A stretch of 64,000 bases of DNA, taken from positions 128,001-192,000 of the IMG/VR virus record IMGVR_UViG_3300010167_000010. One strand, 5' to 3'. Below are positions 1 to 9,380 of the stretch, piece after piece. The notes under the pieces are model-generated. The model was not told the origin of the DNA and did not search any database. It worked only from the letters and a program-made list of their open reading frames with translations. This stretch comes from a virus (taxonomy: Duplodnaviria; Caudoviricetes). A program made the position numbers and the translations under genes. The first letter of the stretch is position 1. The number at the start of each line of letters is the position of its first letter.

Positions 1-23
1 AAAATACAGTACTAATTAACAGG

Positions 24-752
24 ATGATAAGCAAAAACTTATTTAAAAATTGGAGTAAAACTGAACTTAAATGGTTCGGTTTTTCTAATTTATTATTATT
101 TATTTCTATTATTTTCTCAATTCAATTTGCCGAAGGAAATATGTTTTTGTTTAGTATAATTGCTTTAGGAACTATTACAGGAACTTGGGGTGTTATTGCA
201 GCTACTAAAAGAAAAGTTTCAAATTTTATTATAAATTTTGCATCAATTTTTTTATTAAGTATTGTTTATTTTAATTTACAGCTTTATGCTATGGCTGTTA
301 CTTATGTCTTATTTTTGATACCAATGCAATTACATGGATTTTATTCTTGGATATCTTTTAAAAATACGCAAAACGATGAAATAATGGTAATTAGAACATT
401 AAATTCGAGACATAGAATTTGTATATTTTGTATGTTTCTTATAGGTATTATTGCTTTTTATTTTGGTATATATTTTGTTATTGAAACATTTAATATTAGA
501 GATACTTATACTTTAGTACCATTTTTACAATATTTAGATGTAACTTCTGCATCTAGTAATGTTACTGGTCAATTTTTATTAAATTTAAGATATCTTTTAA
601 ATCAAAGTATTTATTGGAAAATAGTAAACTTAGTTCAAATACTTACTTTTGGATATATTATTTTTGTTTTAAATGAATTGATATATTTTCCAGTATTTGT
701 TATGTATATAATCTGGTTTATAAATTCGATGTGGTTTTCTCAAAAAAGTTAA
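24..752 (+). CDS. pnuC: Nicotinamide riboside transporter PnuC-like
   Basis: Multi-TM 242 aa protein with 'QLHGFYSW' and 'YLDVTSASSNVTGQFLL...YWKIVNLVQI' segments typical of PnuC; directly upstream of a NadR-like gene. Confidence 0.8.
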   Translation: MISKNLFKNWSKTELKWFGFSNLLLFISIIFSIQFAEGNMFLFSIIALGTITGTWGVIAATKRKVSNFIINFASIFLLSIVYFNLQLYAMAVTYVLFLIPMQLHGFYSWISFKNTQNDEIMVIRTLNSRHRICIFCMFLIGIIAFYFGIYFVIETFNIRDTYTLVPFLQYLDVTSASSNVTGQFLLNLRYLLNQSIYWKIVNLVQILTFGYIIFVLNELIYFPVFVMYIIWFINSMWFSQKS

Positions 753-761
753 TTTAATTAT

Positions 762-1730
762 ATGACAGTTGGTCTTTTCGAAGGAAAATTTTTACCATTT
801 CATAATGGTCATTTATTTAGTATTATAAAAGTCTCACAAATAGTAGATAAATTATACGTTATATTAAATTTTAATAGAAAAAGAGATTTATATGAATGTA
901 CTAAAAGTAATTGTAAAGAAATATTTCCAGAAAATCGTTTATCTTGGTTATATCACGAATTAAAGTATTATAAGAATATTAAAATTTCAGCAATAGAAGA
1001 TTTTGATGATATTTATGATTATGAAAAAATGTTACCACAACATATAAAATTATTTGGAAATACTTTAACACATATTTTTTCTTGTGAGCAAAACGATATA
1101 TATCAAAAATTATACCCTAATGCAAAACTCTATATTTTAGATAAATTTATAAATATTAGTTCTTCTCAAATAAGAGAAAATCAATTTAATTATTGGGATC
1201 AAATACCCAATATAGTTAAATCTTATTTTGTTAAAAAAGTTTTAATTACTGGAACTAAAGGTACTGGTAAAACTATATTAGCCCGTAATTTAGCTAAATA
1301 TTTTAATACAAAATATATAAAAGATACAAATTATTTATTTTATAAAAAATATAAATTATTATCACCTGGATTATATGATAATATAGCTATGCAACATCAA
1401 TTAAACATAGAAAAAGCTATTAAACAATCTAATAAATTTTTATTTATAGATACTGATGCTATAATAACTCAATATAATTTAGGAAGAAAATATAATGGAT
1501 TAATGTCAGCAAATATTGATAGAATTATAGATCTTCAAGAATTTGATTTAATAATTGGATTAAGCCCTGAAATGATTAAAGATGATCAAGAAAATGCTTT
1601 AAATGATACTGCATATTTATTTCAATTATATACAAATTTTTATAAAAAGAAAAATATTGTAACTATTGAAGGTGATAATTATCACGATAGATTTATAAAA
1701 TCTATAAATATAATTAAGTCTATAATCTAA
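762..1730 (+). CDS. nadR: NadR-like NMN adenylyltransferase / ribosylnicotinamide kinase, no HTH
   Basis: GKFLPFHNGH (HxGH), ISSSQIR, P-loop GTKGTGKT, FIDTDAIIT. Confidence 0.9.
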   Translation: MTVGLFEGKFLPFHNGHLFSIIKVSQIVDKLYVILNFNRKRDLYECTKSNCKEIFPENRLSWLYHELKYYKNIKISAIEDFDDIYDYEKMLPQHIKLFGNTLTHIFSCEQNDIYQKLYPNAKLYILDKFINISSSQIRENQFNYWDQIPNIVKSYFVKKVLITGTKGTGKTILARNLAKYFNTKYIKDTNYLFYKKYKLLSPGLYDNIAMQHQLNIEKAIKQSNKFLFIDTDAIITQYNLGRKYNGLMSANIDRIIDLQEFDLIIGLSPEMIKDDQENALNDTAYLFQLYTNFYKKKNIVTIEGDNYHDRFIKSINIIKSII

Positions 1731-2820
1731 ATAAAGTTGAAAATTGATCATTTGTTGGAATAAGAATAGATTCTAATCCACCAAAAGTTAATGTTCCTTG
1801 ATATGGAAAACCATATTCATCAACTTGAGTAAAATCAAAACTCCAATCTACATTATTTACTACTGCTGGTCCCCATGTCATTCTACCCATTCGTATACAC
1901 AATGCACGAGAATCATTTGCTAAAGTAGTTCTAATAACTGTTTCAGTAGTTCTAATTAAATTAGCTTCTATATCAGTAACACGTCTAACTATACCACCAG
2001 CTGCTTCACCATCTTCACCCATTGATCTAGAGTCTGACATAATACCTCTTAGACCAACATCACTTAATGTGGTTAAAAAACCAGCTAAATAAGCTGGTGG
2101 TGTTGGTATCGGGCCCTTGAAATAGTTTTGTTCAGCTTCTAATGGTCTAAATAATCTAGCTAGGGTAATAATTGGACGAACAACTTCATGTTCACCAGAA
2201 AATATTCCTGCCTGCCCAAATTGAAAAGTAAACTTAAGAGATGATGATAGCGATATTGGATTGACTCCTGTCCATGCTGGTGCTTCTTTATATCGAGACA
2301 TAAATCTACCACCTGCTGGAATTGTTCCACCACCAGAACCAGATAACATTGCTACAGCTCTGGCTGCTTCTGCTAATTGTTGAACTTTACTTAATAATCC
2401 CTTATCACTTAATTCGGCCCAAGCTTTTGTATAATTATGTTTATAACCAAATGTAAATGATTTTTCTTCTGGATATAAAAATATATTAGGTGATACTTCA
2501 TTACCTCTCCATGAACCCCAAGCTGAATCATTTGGTTCTGGAGGAGTAGTTCTACCAGCCGAAACTACTGCTAGATCACAAATTTTAAATTTATTTATAA
2601 ATTCGTAAACATGACCTTTTTCATCTGAATAAAGACTACTCTCAAATGTATCGTGTAAAGGATTTTTAGTTCCTACTAATGTTGGGAAATTTTCTCTAGT
2701 ATGTGTATCAGTAGAGTATACTCTTTGAGATATTGTACCAGCTCTTTCTGTTGCTGCTACAGATGTATTAGAATTGGGTGTTCTTCTTAATTCACTATAA
2801 TTTACTCTTCCTATTGCCAT
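1720..2820 (-). CDS. Putative tail/baseplate structural protein
   Basis: Downstream of the tape-measure-like gene; C-terminal 'VNNVDWSFD...GFPYQGTLTF' resembles tube/baseplate beta folds (inference). Confidence 0.4.
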   Translation of the reverse strand: MAIGRVNYSELRRTPNSNTSVAATERAGTISQRVYSTDTHTRENFPTLVGTKNPLHDTFESSLYSDEKGHVYEFINKFKICDLAVVSAGRTTPPEPNDSAWGSWRGNEVSPNIFLYPEEKSFTFGYKHNYTKAWAELSDKGLLSKVQQLAEAARAVAMLSGSGGGTIPAGGRFMSRYKEAPAWTGVNPISLSSSLKFTFQFGQAGIFSGEHEVVRPIITLARLFRPLEAEQNYFKGPIPTPPAYLAGFLTTLSDVGLRGIMSDSRSMGEDGEAAGGIVRRVTDIEANLIRTTETVIRTTLANDSRALCIRMGRMTWGPAVVNNVDWSFDFTQVDEYGFPYQGTLTFGGLESILIPTNDQFSTLFRL

Positions 2821-2830
2821 TTAATTCTCC

Positions 2831-5800
2831 TTACGATGACCTAGATGGTGGTGCTGTCCAAGATTGTGGTTTTACAGCTAAACCTTTTAATATTTCACCA
2901 ACATCAGTTCTAATATCTTTTAATATTTCAGATGATTCACTTCCTTGTGCTCCTGGTCCTGCCGCACCTCCCATATTACTTACTGTATTTACTAATTTTA
3001 ATACTGAATCAGCATTTCTACCAAGATTACTTAATGTAGTTAGTACGTTACTTCTTCTATTTAATTTATCTAATTCACTAGCTGTTTCACCTAATCTTCT
3101 ATTTAATTGATTTAATCTATTTATAGCTGGATCTAATTCAGTCATTGGTTTGATTATATTTGTTCTGAAGTTTAAACTGAATTCACTAATAGCATCTGCT
3201 CTATTAGTTAATTCTTGAACTTTAATCATTGCAGCTAATAATGCATCGCTAGCAGTTTTTAAACTACTTGCTCCTCTAACTAAACCAGTAATAAAATTGT
3301 TTTGTTTTTGAGCTTCTTCACCAACTTTTCCTAAAGCTTTGAATACAGTTCCAATAGCCATAATTTTAGCTTCTGCAGCTGCAGTATCTTGTCCTTGCCA
3401 TAATCCTCTAAAGAATTGTCTAGCTCCGCCGCCGCCAGTATTTGCTTCTGCTAACATATTACTTGTCATATTTATTACTCTTTGTAAACTTGGTAGTGCA
3501 TTAGCTAAGGCTGTCATAGATTCTTCGATTGCTGCTGAAGTTCTAACTAAAGACATAATTGGTCTCTCTGCTGCTAATGCAACTAAACCTAGTGCACCTA
3601 ATGCTGCAATAATAAATATTAAAGACATTATTTTCCCCATTGCATTTAAGGCGCCCGACATTCCAGGTGCAATTTTTCCAATTAAACCCAATAATCCACT
3701 TGATGGTGCTTGATCATCTAAAAATACTCCAACAGCTGCTAATGCTCTACTAATAGCTGGCATTGCGGCCGCTAAAGAGTCCATTGCTGCAGGAACTGCT
3801 TCTGCAAATTTCTTTAATCCATTCATAAATGGCCATGCTACTGTTGCAACTATACCTAAAACTGCAATTAAAGCAATTATAATTATTAAACCAATAAGTC
3901 TACCTAAAAGCGAAATCATATTTCCAATTGGTTTCAAGTTAGGGTTTATTAAACCTAAGAAAGTTCCAAGTGCACTTTGCCCTTCACCTAATGCTGCCCA
4001 TACCGCATCAACACCTGAAACTATATCTCTCATAGCTTGTGCTAACATTCCCATTGCGATCGGAACAGCTTCAGCAAATTTCTTTAATCCTAACATTAAT
4101 GGCCAAGCAATAGTAGCTACTAAACCTAATACTGCTACTAATGCAATTATAATTATGAGACCAATAAGAGATCCTAAAATATTTATAACGCCGCCTAATG
4201 GTTTTAAGTCATCACTTAATGCACCTAATAATCCACCAATACCACCTTCACTATTTTCACCTAAAACAGCTGATACTTGTTTCATAGTTTCAGCAATAGA
4301 TTTTATAACGTTAACTAATAATGGAATAGCAACTAGAGCTAATAATCCAAATAATAATAAACCAAGCATTGGTAATACAGCAATTAAAGCAATAAAACCT
4401 ATAATTGCAAAAGCTAATATAACGAGAGCAATTGGTAATAATGCAAGAGCTACAGCAATAAACGCTCCAAAAGGTTGTGGAACGCCAGATAACCATTCGG
4501 GCGTTTCTACTCCTGCTAAGAAATCTCCCATTATAAAGTCCATTAATTTCAAAGTTTCTTTTAATGCTAATCTTAAGAAAATAACAGCAATAAAAATAAG
4601 TAATGAAACTAAAGTTAAAGCTAATACTGGAAATACTGCCATTTTAGCTAGAAAACCTAATATAGCGAATGCTACTAAAATTAAAGCCATAGTTATTACA
4701 CCAATTAAAATTGGTAATAATAATTTTGGATCAAAATGTCGTTGAATTAAAATTAAAGATATAGTCATTAAAATAACTGCAACAGCTATTTGAATGGCAA
4801 TGTCAGCAAAAAATTTCAATGGTATTTTTAATAAGAATGCAATTGTACCAAGAACCATTACACCTAATAAAAATAATGCGATTCCTAAAAGACCTTGTAA
4901 GGCTATTGGAATAACTATACTTGCAACTGCAGCTAACGCAGCGGCAATTAATAATCTTAAAAATACATGTGCCATATCCCCCATTGTTCTAACAAATAAA
5001 GGGGTTGGAAATTTTGATAATAAAAGTAATCCAAAAAACATCGGAATACATGCAATAATAAATAGAACAGATAATAATGCACCTAATGCTGCTGGTATTG
5101 CAAGAACGCCTGCTGCTATAGCAAATATAGCAGCAAATGTAATAGCTTTATATAATATAGCTAAATTTTTTGCTGTTTCACTCCCCATTTTCGCTAAAGG
5201 AGCAATTTTTGGCCAACCTAAAAGAGCAGCTAATAATAAAGAAATTAAAACGAATGGAATTAAGAGCATTGTAAAAACAGTTGCAGGGATTGCTAATGCT
5301 CCAGCAGCTATCGCATAAATTGTTGACCACATTAAAGATTTAAATATAATACCAATTGCAGCTGCACTTTCACTAGCTATTTTAACAGCCGCTGGATTAA
5401 AAAATGCAATTATATTTGCAATTAAAATTACTGCTAAAATAAAAGGTATCATTAATAGGGCAAATACTGTTGCAGGTATTGCTAACGCGCCTGCAGCTAA
5501 AACAGCAAAAATCGCTGTTTTTAATGCGACAAATATTTTAGAAACCGATTCAGCAAATAAAGCAATATCTTTTGCTGCTTCAGCTTGTTCTTTACCTACT
5601 ATTGGTATTTTCCCATCTGCATCTTTAAACAGGGCCTTCTTTAATGCTAAAATAAATTTACCTAATAAAGTAGCAATTACTGGAGCAACTAATAAAAAGG
5701 CAGTTACTGGAATTACATTTTTAGATAAACTTTCTAATGACTTAAATAATTCACTTAAACCTGTCGTTAAATCTTTTAACTTTGTTGAATCTAAAGTTGA

Positions 5801-6412
5801 TGCTTGTTCCATAGCTTTTAAAACGTTTGTAAGCTCATCTAAAGATTTTAATTTTTCTTCATCAATATTTCCAGCTACAATAATTAAAGCACCTGTTTTT
5901 ATACCAGGTCCTTTTACATCGTCTTTAACAGTATTCATATTAGATAAAATTGGTCCAATAGAATCTTTTAAATCATTTAAAGAATTTAAAATATCAGTTC
6001 CTACTGTTACTAATTCATTTATTTTAGAACCTAAGAATAATGGCGGTGATGCAATCTTCGCCGGCAATTTTAAAAGATCATTTTCAGTAACATTTTCTTT
6101 AGAAGGTTCATTTTCTATTTGTTCTGTTTTTCTTTGTTCTTCTAAAGACTGTTCTTCATTTCCTAAAATTTGATTTACAGATCTTATATTTTCTACAACA
6201 ATAGAAAGTTGATTAAAAACTTTTAAAAACTCTTCTGGTAAACCTTGAACTTCTGTTTTGAGAACAGTATCTTTTATTTGATGTAAGCCTTCAATACCTT
6301 CTGCAATTCTATTTAAACCAGTAGTATTAGCGGTGTTTGCAGAGTTTATTTGAGATATTATATTATTAGATGCATTTTCAATACTGCTTGAAATTATAGG
6401 TCCATCAGCCAT
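2831..6412 (-). CDS. Tape-measure-like protein with long hydrophobic repeats
   Basis: 1193 aa, Ala/Ile/Leu-rich helical; tandem internal repeats (LKPxGxxIxxLGxLIGLIIIIALxAVLG...GLKKFAEAVP twice); late-type promoter directly upstream. Confidence 0.6.
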   Translation of the reverse strand: MADGPIISSSIENASNNIISQINSANTANTTGLNRIAEGIEGLHQIKDTVLKTEVQGLPEEFLKVFNQLSIVVENIRSVNQILGNEEQSLEEQRKTEQIENEPSKENVTENDLLKLPAKIASPPLFLGSKINELVTVGTDILNSLNDLKDSIGPILSNMNTVKDDVKGPGIKTGALIIVAGNIDEEKLKSLDELTNVLKAMEQASTLDSTKLKDLTTGLSELFKSLESLSKNVIPVTAFLLVAPVIATLLGKFILALKKALFKDADGKIPIVGKEQAEAAKDIALFAESVSKIFVALKTAIFAVLAAGALAIPATVFALLMIPFILAVILIANIIAFFNPAAVKIASESAAAIGIIFKSLMWSTIYAIAAGALAIPATVFTMLLIPFVLISLLLAALLGWPKIAPLAKMGSETAKNLAILYKAITFAAIFAIAAGVLAIPAALGALLSVLFIIACIPMFFGLLLLSKFPTPLFVRTMGDMAHVFLRLLIAAALAAVASIVIPIALQGLLGIALFLLGVMVLGTIAFLLKIPLKFFADIAIQIAVAVILMTISLILIQRHFDPKLLLPILIGVITMALILVAFAILGFLAKMAVFPVLALTLVSLLIFIAVIFLRLALKETLKLMDFIMGDFLAGVETPEWLSGVPQPFGAFIAVALALLPIALVILAFAIIGFIALIAVLPMLGLLLFGLLALVAIPLLVNVIKSIAETMKQVSAVLGENSEGGIGGLLGALSDDLKPLGGVINILGSLIGLIIIIALVAVLGLVATIAWPLMLGLKKFAEAVPIAMGMLAQAMRDIVSGVDAVWAALGEGQSALGTFLGLINPNLKPIGNMISLLGRLIGLIIIIALIAVLGIVATVAWPFMNGLKKFAEAVPAAMDSLAAAMPAISRALAAVGVFLDDQAPSSGLLGLIGKIAPGMSGALNAMGKIMSLIFIIAALGALGLVALAAERPIMSLVRTSAAIEESMTALANALPSLQRVINMTSNMLAEANTGGGGARQFFRGLWQGQDTAAAEAKIMAIGTVFKALGKVGEEAQKQNNFITGLVRGASSLKTASDALLAAMIKVQELTNRADAISEFSLNFRTNIIKPMTELDPAINRLNQLNRRLGETASELDKLNRRSNVLTTLSNLGRNADSVLKLVNTVSNMGGAAGPGAQGSESSEILKDIRTDVGEILKGLAVKPQSWTAPPSRSS

Positions 6413-6432
6413 AATAATTAGTTTAGTTTATC

Positions 6433-6831
6433 TTAGGCTCGGAGATTTTTTAATAATAATTCCTCATAGTCAGTACTTTCACTATATTTTTCTACAGCCC
6501 TATTTAATATTCTCCACCACCAATAATAATGAAGATTTAATTTAATTGGTGAACCAGATAATGGACATTGATAATCGTCCATTCTTCGATGTATAAATCG
6601 CCTCAAAGTAATTACATTTTTAACATTATATATCTGATCTGGAAAATTAGCTGCTGAAAGAATATGAGCCCTATCTAAAGTAATAGGACTACCCGTTTTT
6701 AATTGATGAAATTCTTTTGCTGTTAAACATTTATCAAATTGACAAGCTTTTTTATCTCGCTTATCAACTAATTTTTTAGTTTCGATCCAACAAGGATCGT
6801 CTGAAGACCTGCGACCGTTGCCATTGCTCAT
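6433..6831 (-). CDS. Small HNH-like endonuclease
   Basis: RDKKACQFDKC...RAHI...NVITLRRFIH pattern. Confidence 0.55.
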   Translation of the reverse strand: MSNGNGRRSSDDPCWIETKKLVDKRDKKACQFDKCLTAKEFHQLKTGSPITLDRAHILSAANFPDQIYNVKNVITLRRFIHRRMDDYQCPLSGSPIKLNLHYYWWWRILNRAVEKYSESTDYEELLLKNLRA

Positions 6832-6853
6832 ATTATTTATTTAGTAAATTAAC

Positions 6854-7129
6854 TTATTGCCACGGTTCCCAATCATCAAAACCTTTAATAAAGGCTTCTG
6901 CATCATCTGAGTCTTCTGGAAAACCGAATTCAAAACCGTATTCATTTAATGAATTTACTAATCTTTCTGCATCTTCATTATCATATCCGTTATCCATTAA
7001 ATGTTCTACTTTCTCATCGTCGGCCATATTATATTCGTACATTTCAATTAAAACTGAATTATCGTTTACATAAACAGATTCTTTTAATTTTTTAAATTCA
7101 TTATAAATTTGATCAAATGTTTTTTCCAT
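6854..7129 (-). CDS. Small acidic putative internal head protein
   Basis: MEKTFDQIYNE leader shared with other late proteins; SD AAGGA upstream. Confidence 0.45.
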   Translation of the reverse strand: MEKTFDQIYNEFKKLKESVYVNDNSVLIEMYEYNMADDEKVEHLMDNGYDNEDAERLVNSLNEYGFEFGFPEDSDDAEAFIKGFDDWEPWQ

Positions 7130-7162
7130 TTTATTTCCTTTAATAGTTAGTTACTAAATATT

Positions 7163-7672
7163 ATGAGTTTACTATTTGAAAGAATATATGCTAAATCTCT
7201 AGAAAATAAAGCTGTAATAAATGATAAAGAAATTCATTTAACTCCTTTAAGAGATGTGTTACGACAAGCTCAAAATTATTTTAAAAGAAACTTATTAGAT
7301 AAAACTATAATTACTAAAGAAAACAAGAAAATATCTATAACAGAAAAAGGGTTTAATGAATTATTTTTCTCTATTGGAGAAGCATTACGAGGTGGCTCAA
7401 AAGGGGCTGCAGATGTTTTTAAATCTAGAGCTGACGATGAAGATTATTGGTATGACATTTTATCTATTGTTGTTTCGTTAGAAGATATTCTCAAAGATAT
7501 GGAATTTGATTATAGTAAACCAAATTATAAACAAGAAAAGAAACCTAATGTAGAAAGATATGATACTTATTCTTGTGAAGTTTTGATGGATGACGAATTA
7601 CATGATACTAAAATACGAGTTGAAGTCGATAAAGATAATAAGAAAAAATATTATTTTCATTATATAGATTAG
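7163..7672 (+). CDS. Putative virion cargo protein, LPD3/MuF-C-like
   Basis: 'KKISITEKGFNE...KKPNVERY...IRVEV...YYFH' layout; leader LLFERIY..LE; late promoter. Confidence 0.4.
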   Translation: MSLLFERIYAKSLENKAVINDKEIHLTPLRDVLRQAQNYFKRNLLDKTIITKENKKISITEKGFNELFFSIGEALRGGSKGAADVFKSRADDEDYWYDILSIVVSLEDILKDMEFDYSKPNYKQEKKPNVERYDTYSCEVLMDDELHDTKIRVEVDKDNKKKYYFHYID

Positions 7673-8259
7673 TCACTTAAAGATATTCCCATATAATAAG
7701 CAACATCTTCAAACATTTCTTCTGTTAAAGTTTGAGTTCCAGCATATTGCGCAAAACGTTCATAATCTAAATCTTTTACACATTGTCGTAAAAGTGATGC
7801 TGATGCTTGTTCAGTTTTATCTAAGCTATTATCATCTCTTTGACCGGCAAGCTCTATTTCTAGCTTATCAAATTTAAAATATTCATTTTCTTTTAATCTG
7901 TCATTAAATTCTTTTATATCATTATATTTTTTAGCTGTTTGAAATTCTTTAACCCGATCACTACCACCAAATAAATAACAAACTTTATATCCCATTTTAT
8001 AAATAATTGATAATGCTTGATATAAATTAGCTGCTTGATCTTTTGAAACTGTAGTATTATCTAAGTCATTAATCATATCTTCAACAAATTTAACTTTATT
8101 GTCAAATGGAAGTGGATTCTTTTTTGGATCACAACTACTACTTAATAATAAAATTGCGTCTGCATCTAATTTTATTGCAAGATCATCCATTTGTTTGGCC
8201 ATTTTTCTATGACCAATTGTAGGAGGATTAAGTCTTCCAAAATTTATTACTGCTTTCAT
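7669..8259 (-). CDS. Cytidylyltransferase-like HxGH nucleotidyltransferase
   Basis: FGRLNPPTIGH, KKNPL, GSDR and SASLLR motifs of the T4-like phage cytidyltransferase family. Confidence 0.85.
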   Translation of the reverse strand: MKAVINFGRLNPPTIGHRKMAKQMDDLAIKLDADAILLLSSSCDPKKNPLPFDNKVKFVEDMINDLDNTTVSKDQAANLYQALSIIYKMGYKVCYLFGGSDRVKEFQTAKKYNDIKEFNDRLKENEYFKFDKLEIELAGQRDDNSLDKTEQASASLLRQCVKDLDYERFAQYAGTQTLTEEMFEDVAYYMGISLSD

Positions 8260-8693
8260 TATAATCCTTTCTCATATTCTACAACTGCTAATTTAGCTTT
8301 CATTTTAACTCTATCGTCTTCTAACCAATGAGAATAAACCGGTCTCACTTCACAATGTTTTCTTGCCCACCCACTAAAATCTCGAGGGTAAACTTTTTCT
8401 ATTACTTCATAATCTTTTCCAACACGTTCTAAAACATAATCATTGTGAACTACATATTTTGGCATACCTTTTGTTGGCTTATCAAACAATGTTCCTTCAT
8501 TTAATATATCATCAAAAGATTTTATTTTCTTTTCTTTTCTTTTTAATTTATAAACATATTTCATAGCATCTTCTTTAGTTTCAAAATAATCTATAAAGGC
8601 ATTATCCATAATTAATCCTACTTTTTTATAGCGCATATCTGGATCATAAAATAATTCATACCCTTTTCTTTTTATAAATGGTTCTCTTATCAA
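8259..8693 (-). CDS. Hypothetical protein
   Basis: Coupled ORF in the operon; internal KSFDDILNE motif. Confidence 0.6.
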   Translation of the reverse strand: MIREPFIKRKGYELFYDPDMRYKKVGLIMDNAFIDYFETKEDAMKYVYKLKRKEKKIKSFDDILNEGTLFDKPTKGMPKYVVHNDYVLERVGKDYEVIEKVYPRDFSGWARKHCEVRPVYSHWLEDDRVKMKAKLAVVEYEKGL

Positions 8694-9370
8694 AATGGTA
8701 TCTCCTTATCACCTTTCATCATTGCTAATTCTTCTTGATCTTGTTCGGCCTTTTCTAATTTATTTGAAGTTCTACGAGGATCATCATTTTCTTCAATAAT
8801 ATTTTCATCTTCGTCCCAATCAACATCGATCCATTTTTGTGATGCTAAATAATCTGCTAAGTGTAAACATTTTTCATCAAATTCTTCTGGAGCAGGTGCA
8901 CCTTTATCGAAATTACCCATGTGAGCATAGACTAATCGGGCTTCATCTTTTAAGCCAATTCGGTGTAATTCCATTCCAGCATCTTTAGCATGATATTTAG
9001 ATGTATGTTGACTATCATCAGAAGAATACTTAAATATATCATGTGCAAGAGCTGCTATTATCATAGTATCTTGATCTAATTCTGGAAATGCATTACAAAT
9101 TACTTGAACAAATCTAACTACTGCTTTAGTGTGTTTAGATAATCCAAATTCTTTATTAGCGAATTTTGGATGATATTTTCCAGTAGATGACGCGCTTCCT
9201 TGTATATTTTTATATGCTGATGTTCTTAATAAATTTTCTAATTTAGTACGTTTAGAATTATCTTTAATTAAATTTAATTGCGCTTTAAATCTAACGTTAA
9301 TTGGAGATTCAAGCATGAGTTGTTCTTCATATAAATATTGTTGGTAAATCTCTTCAAATAATTTTATCAT
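8690..9370 (-). CDS. HD-domain phosphohydrolase
   Basis: SSTGKYHP...H...ALAHDIFK...H...HMG...LHLADY. Confidence 0.85.
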   Translation of the reverse strand: MIKLFEEIYQQYLYEEQLMLESPINVRFKAQLNLIKDNSKRTKLENLLRTSAYKNIQGSASSTGKYHPKFANKEFGLSKHTKAVVRFVQVICNAFPELDQDTMIIAALAHDIFKYSSDDSQHTSKYHAKDAGMELHRIGLKDEARLVYAHMGNFDKGAPAPEEFDEKCLHLADYLASQKWIDVDWDEDENIIEENDDPRRTSNKLEKAEQDQEELAMMKGDKEIPF

Positions 9371-9380
9371 TTTATTTCCT

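Noticed and set aside
2778-5318. Plus-strand ORFs 2778-3110, 3339-3713, 4155-4745 and 4794-5318
   Set aside because: Antisense shadows of the hydrophobic tape-measure-like gene, with no RBS or promoter.
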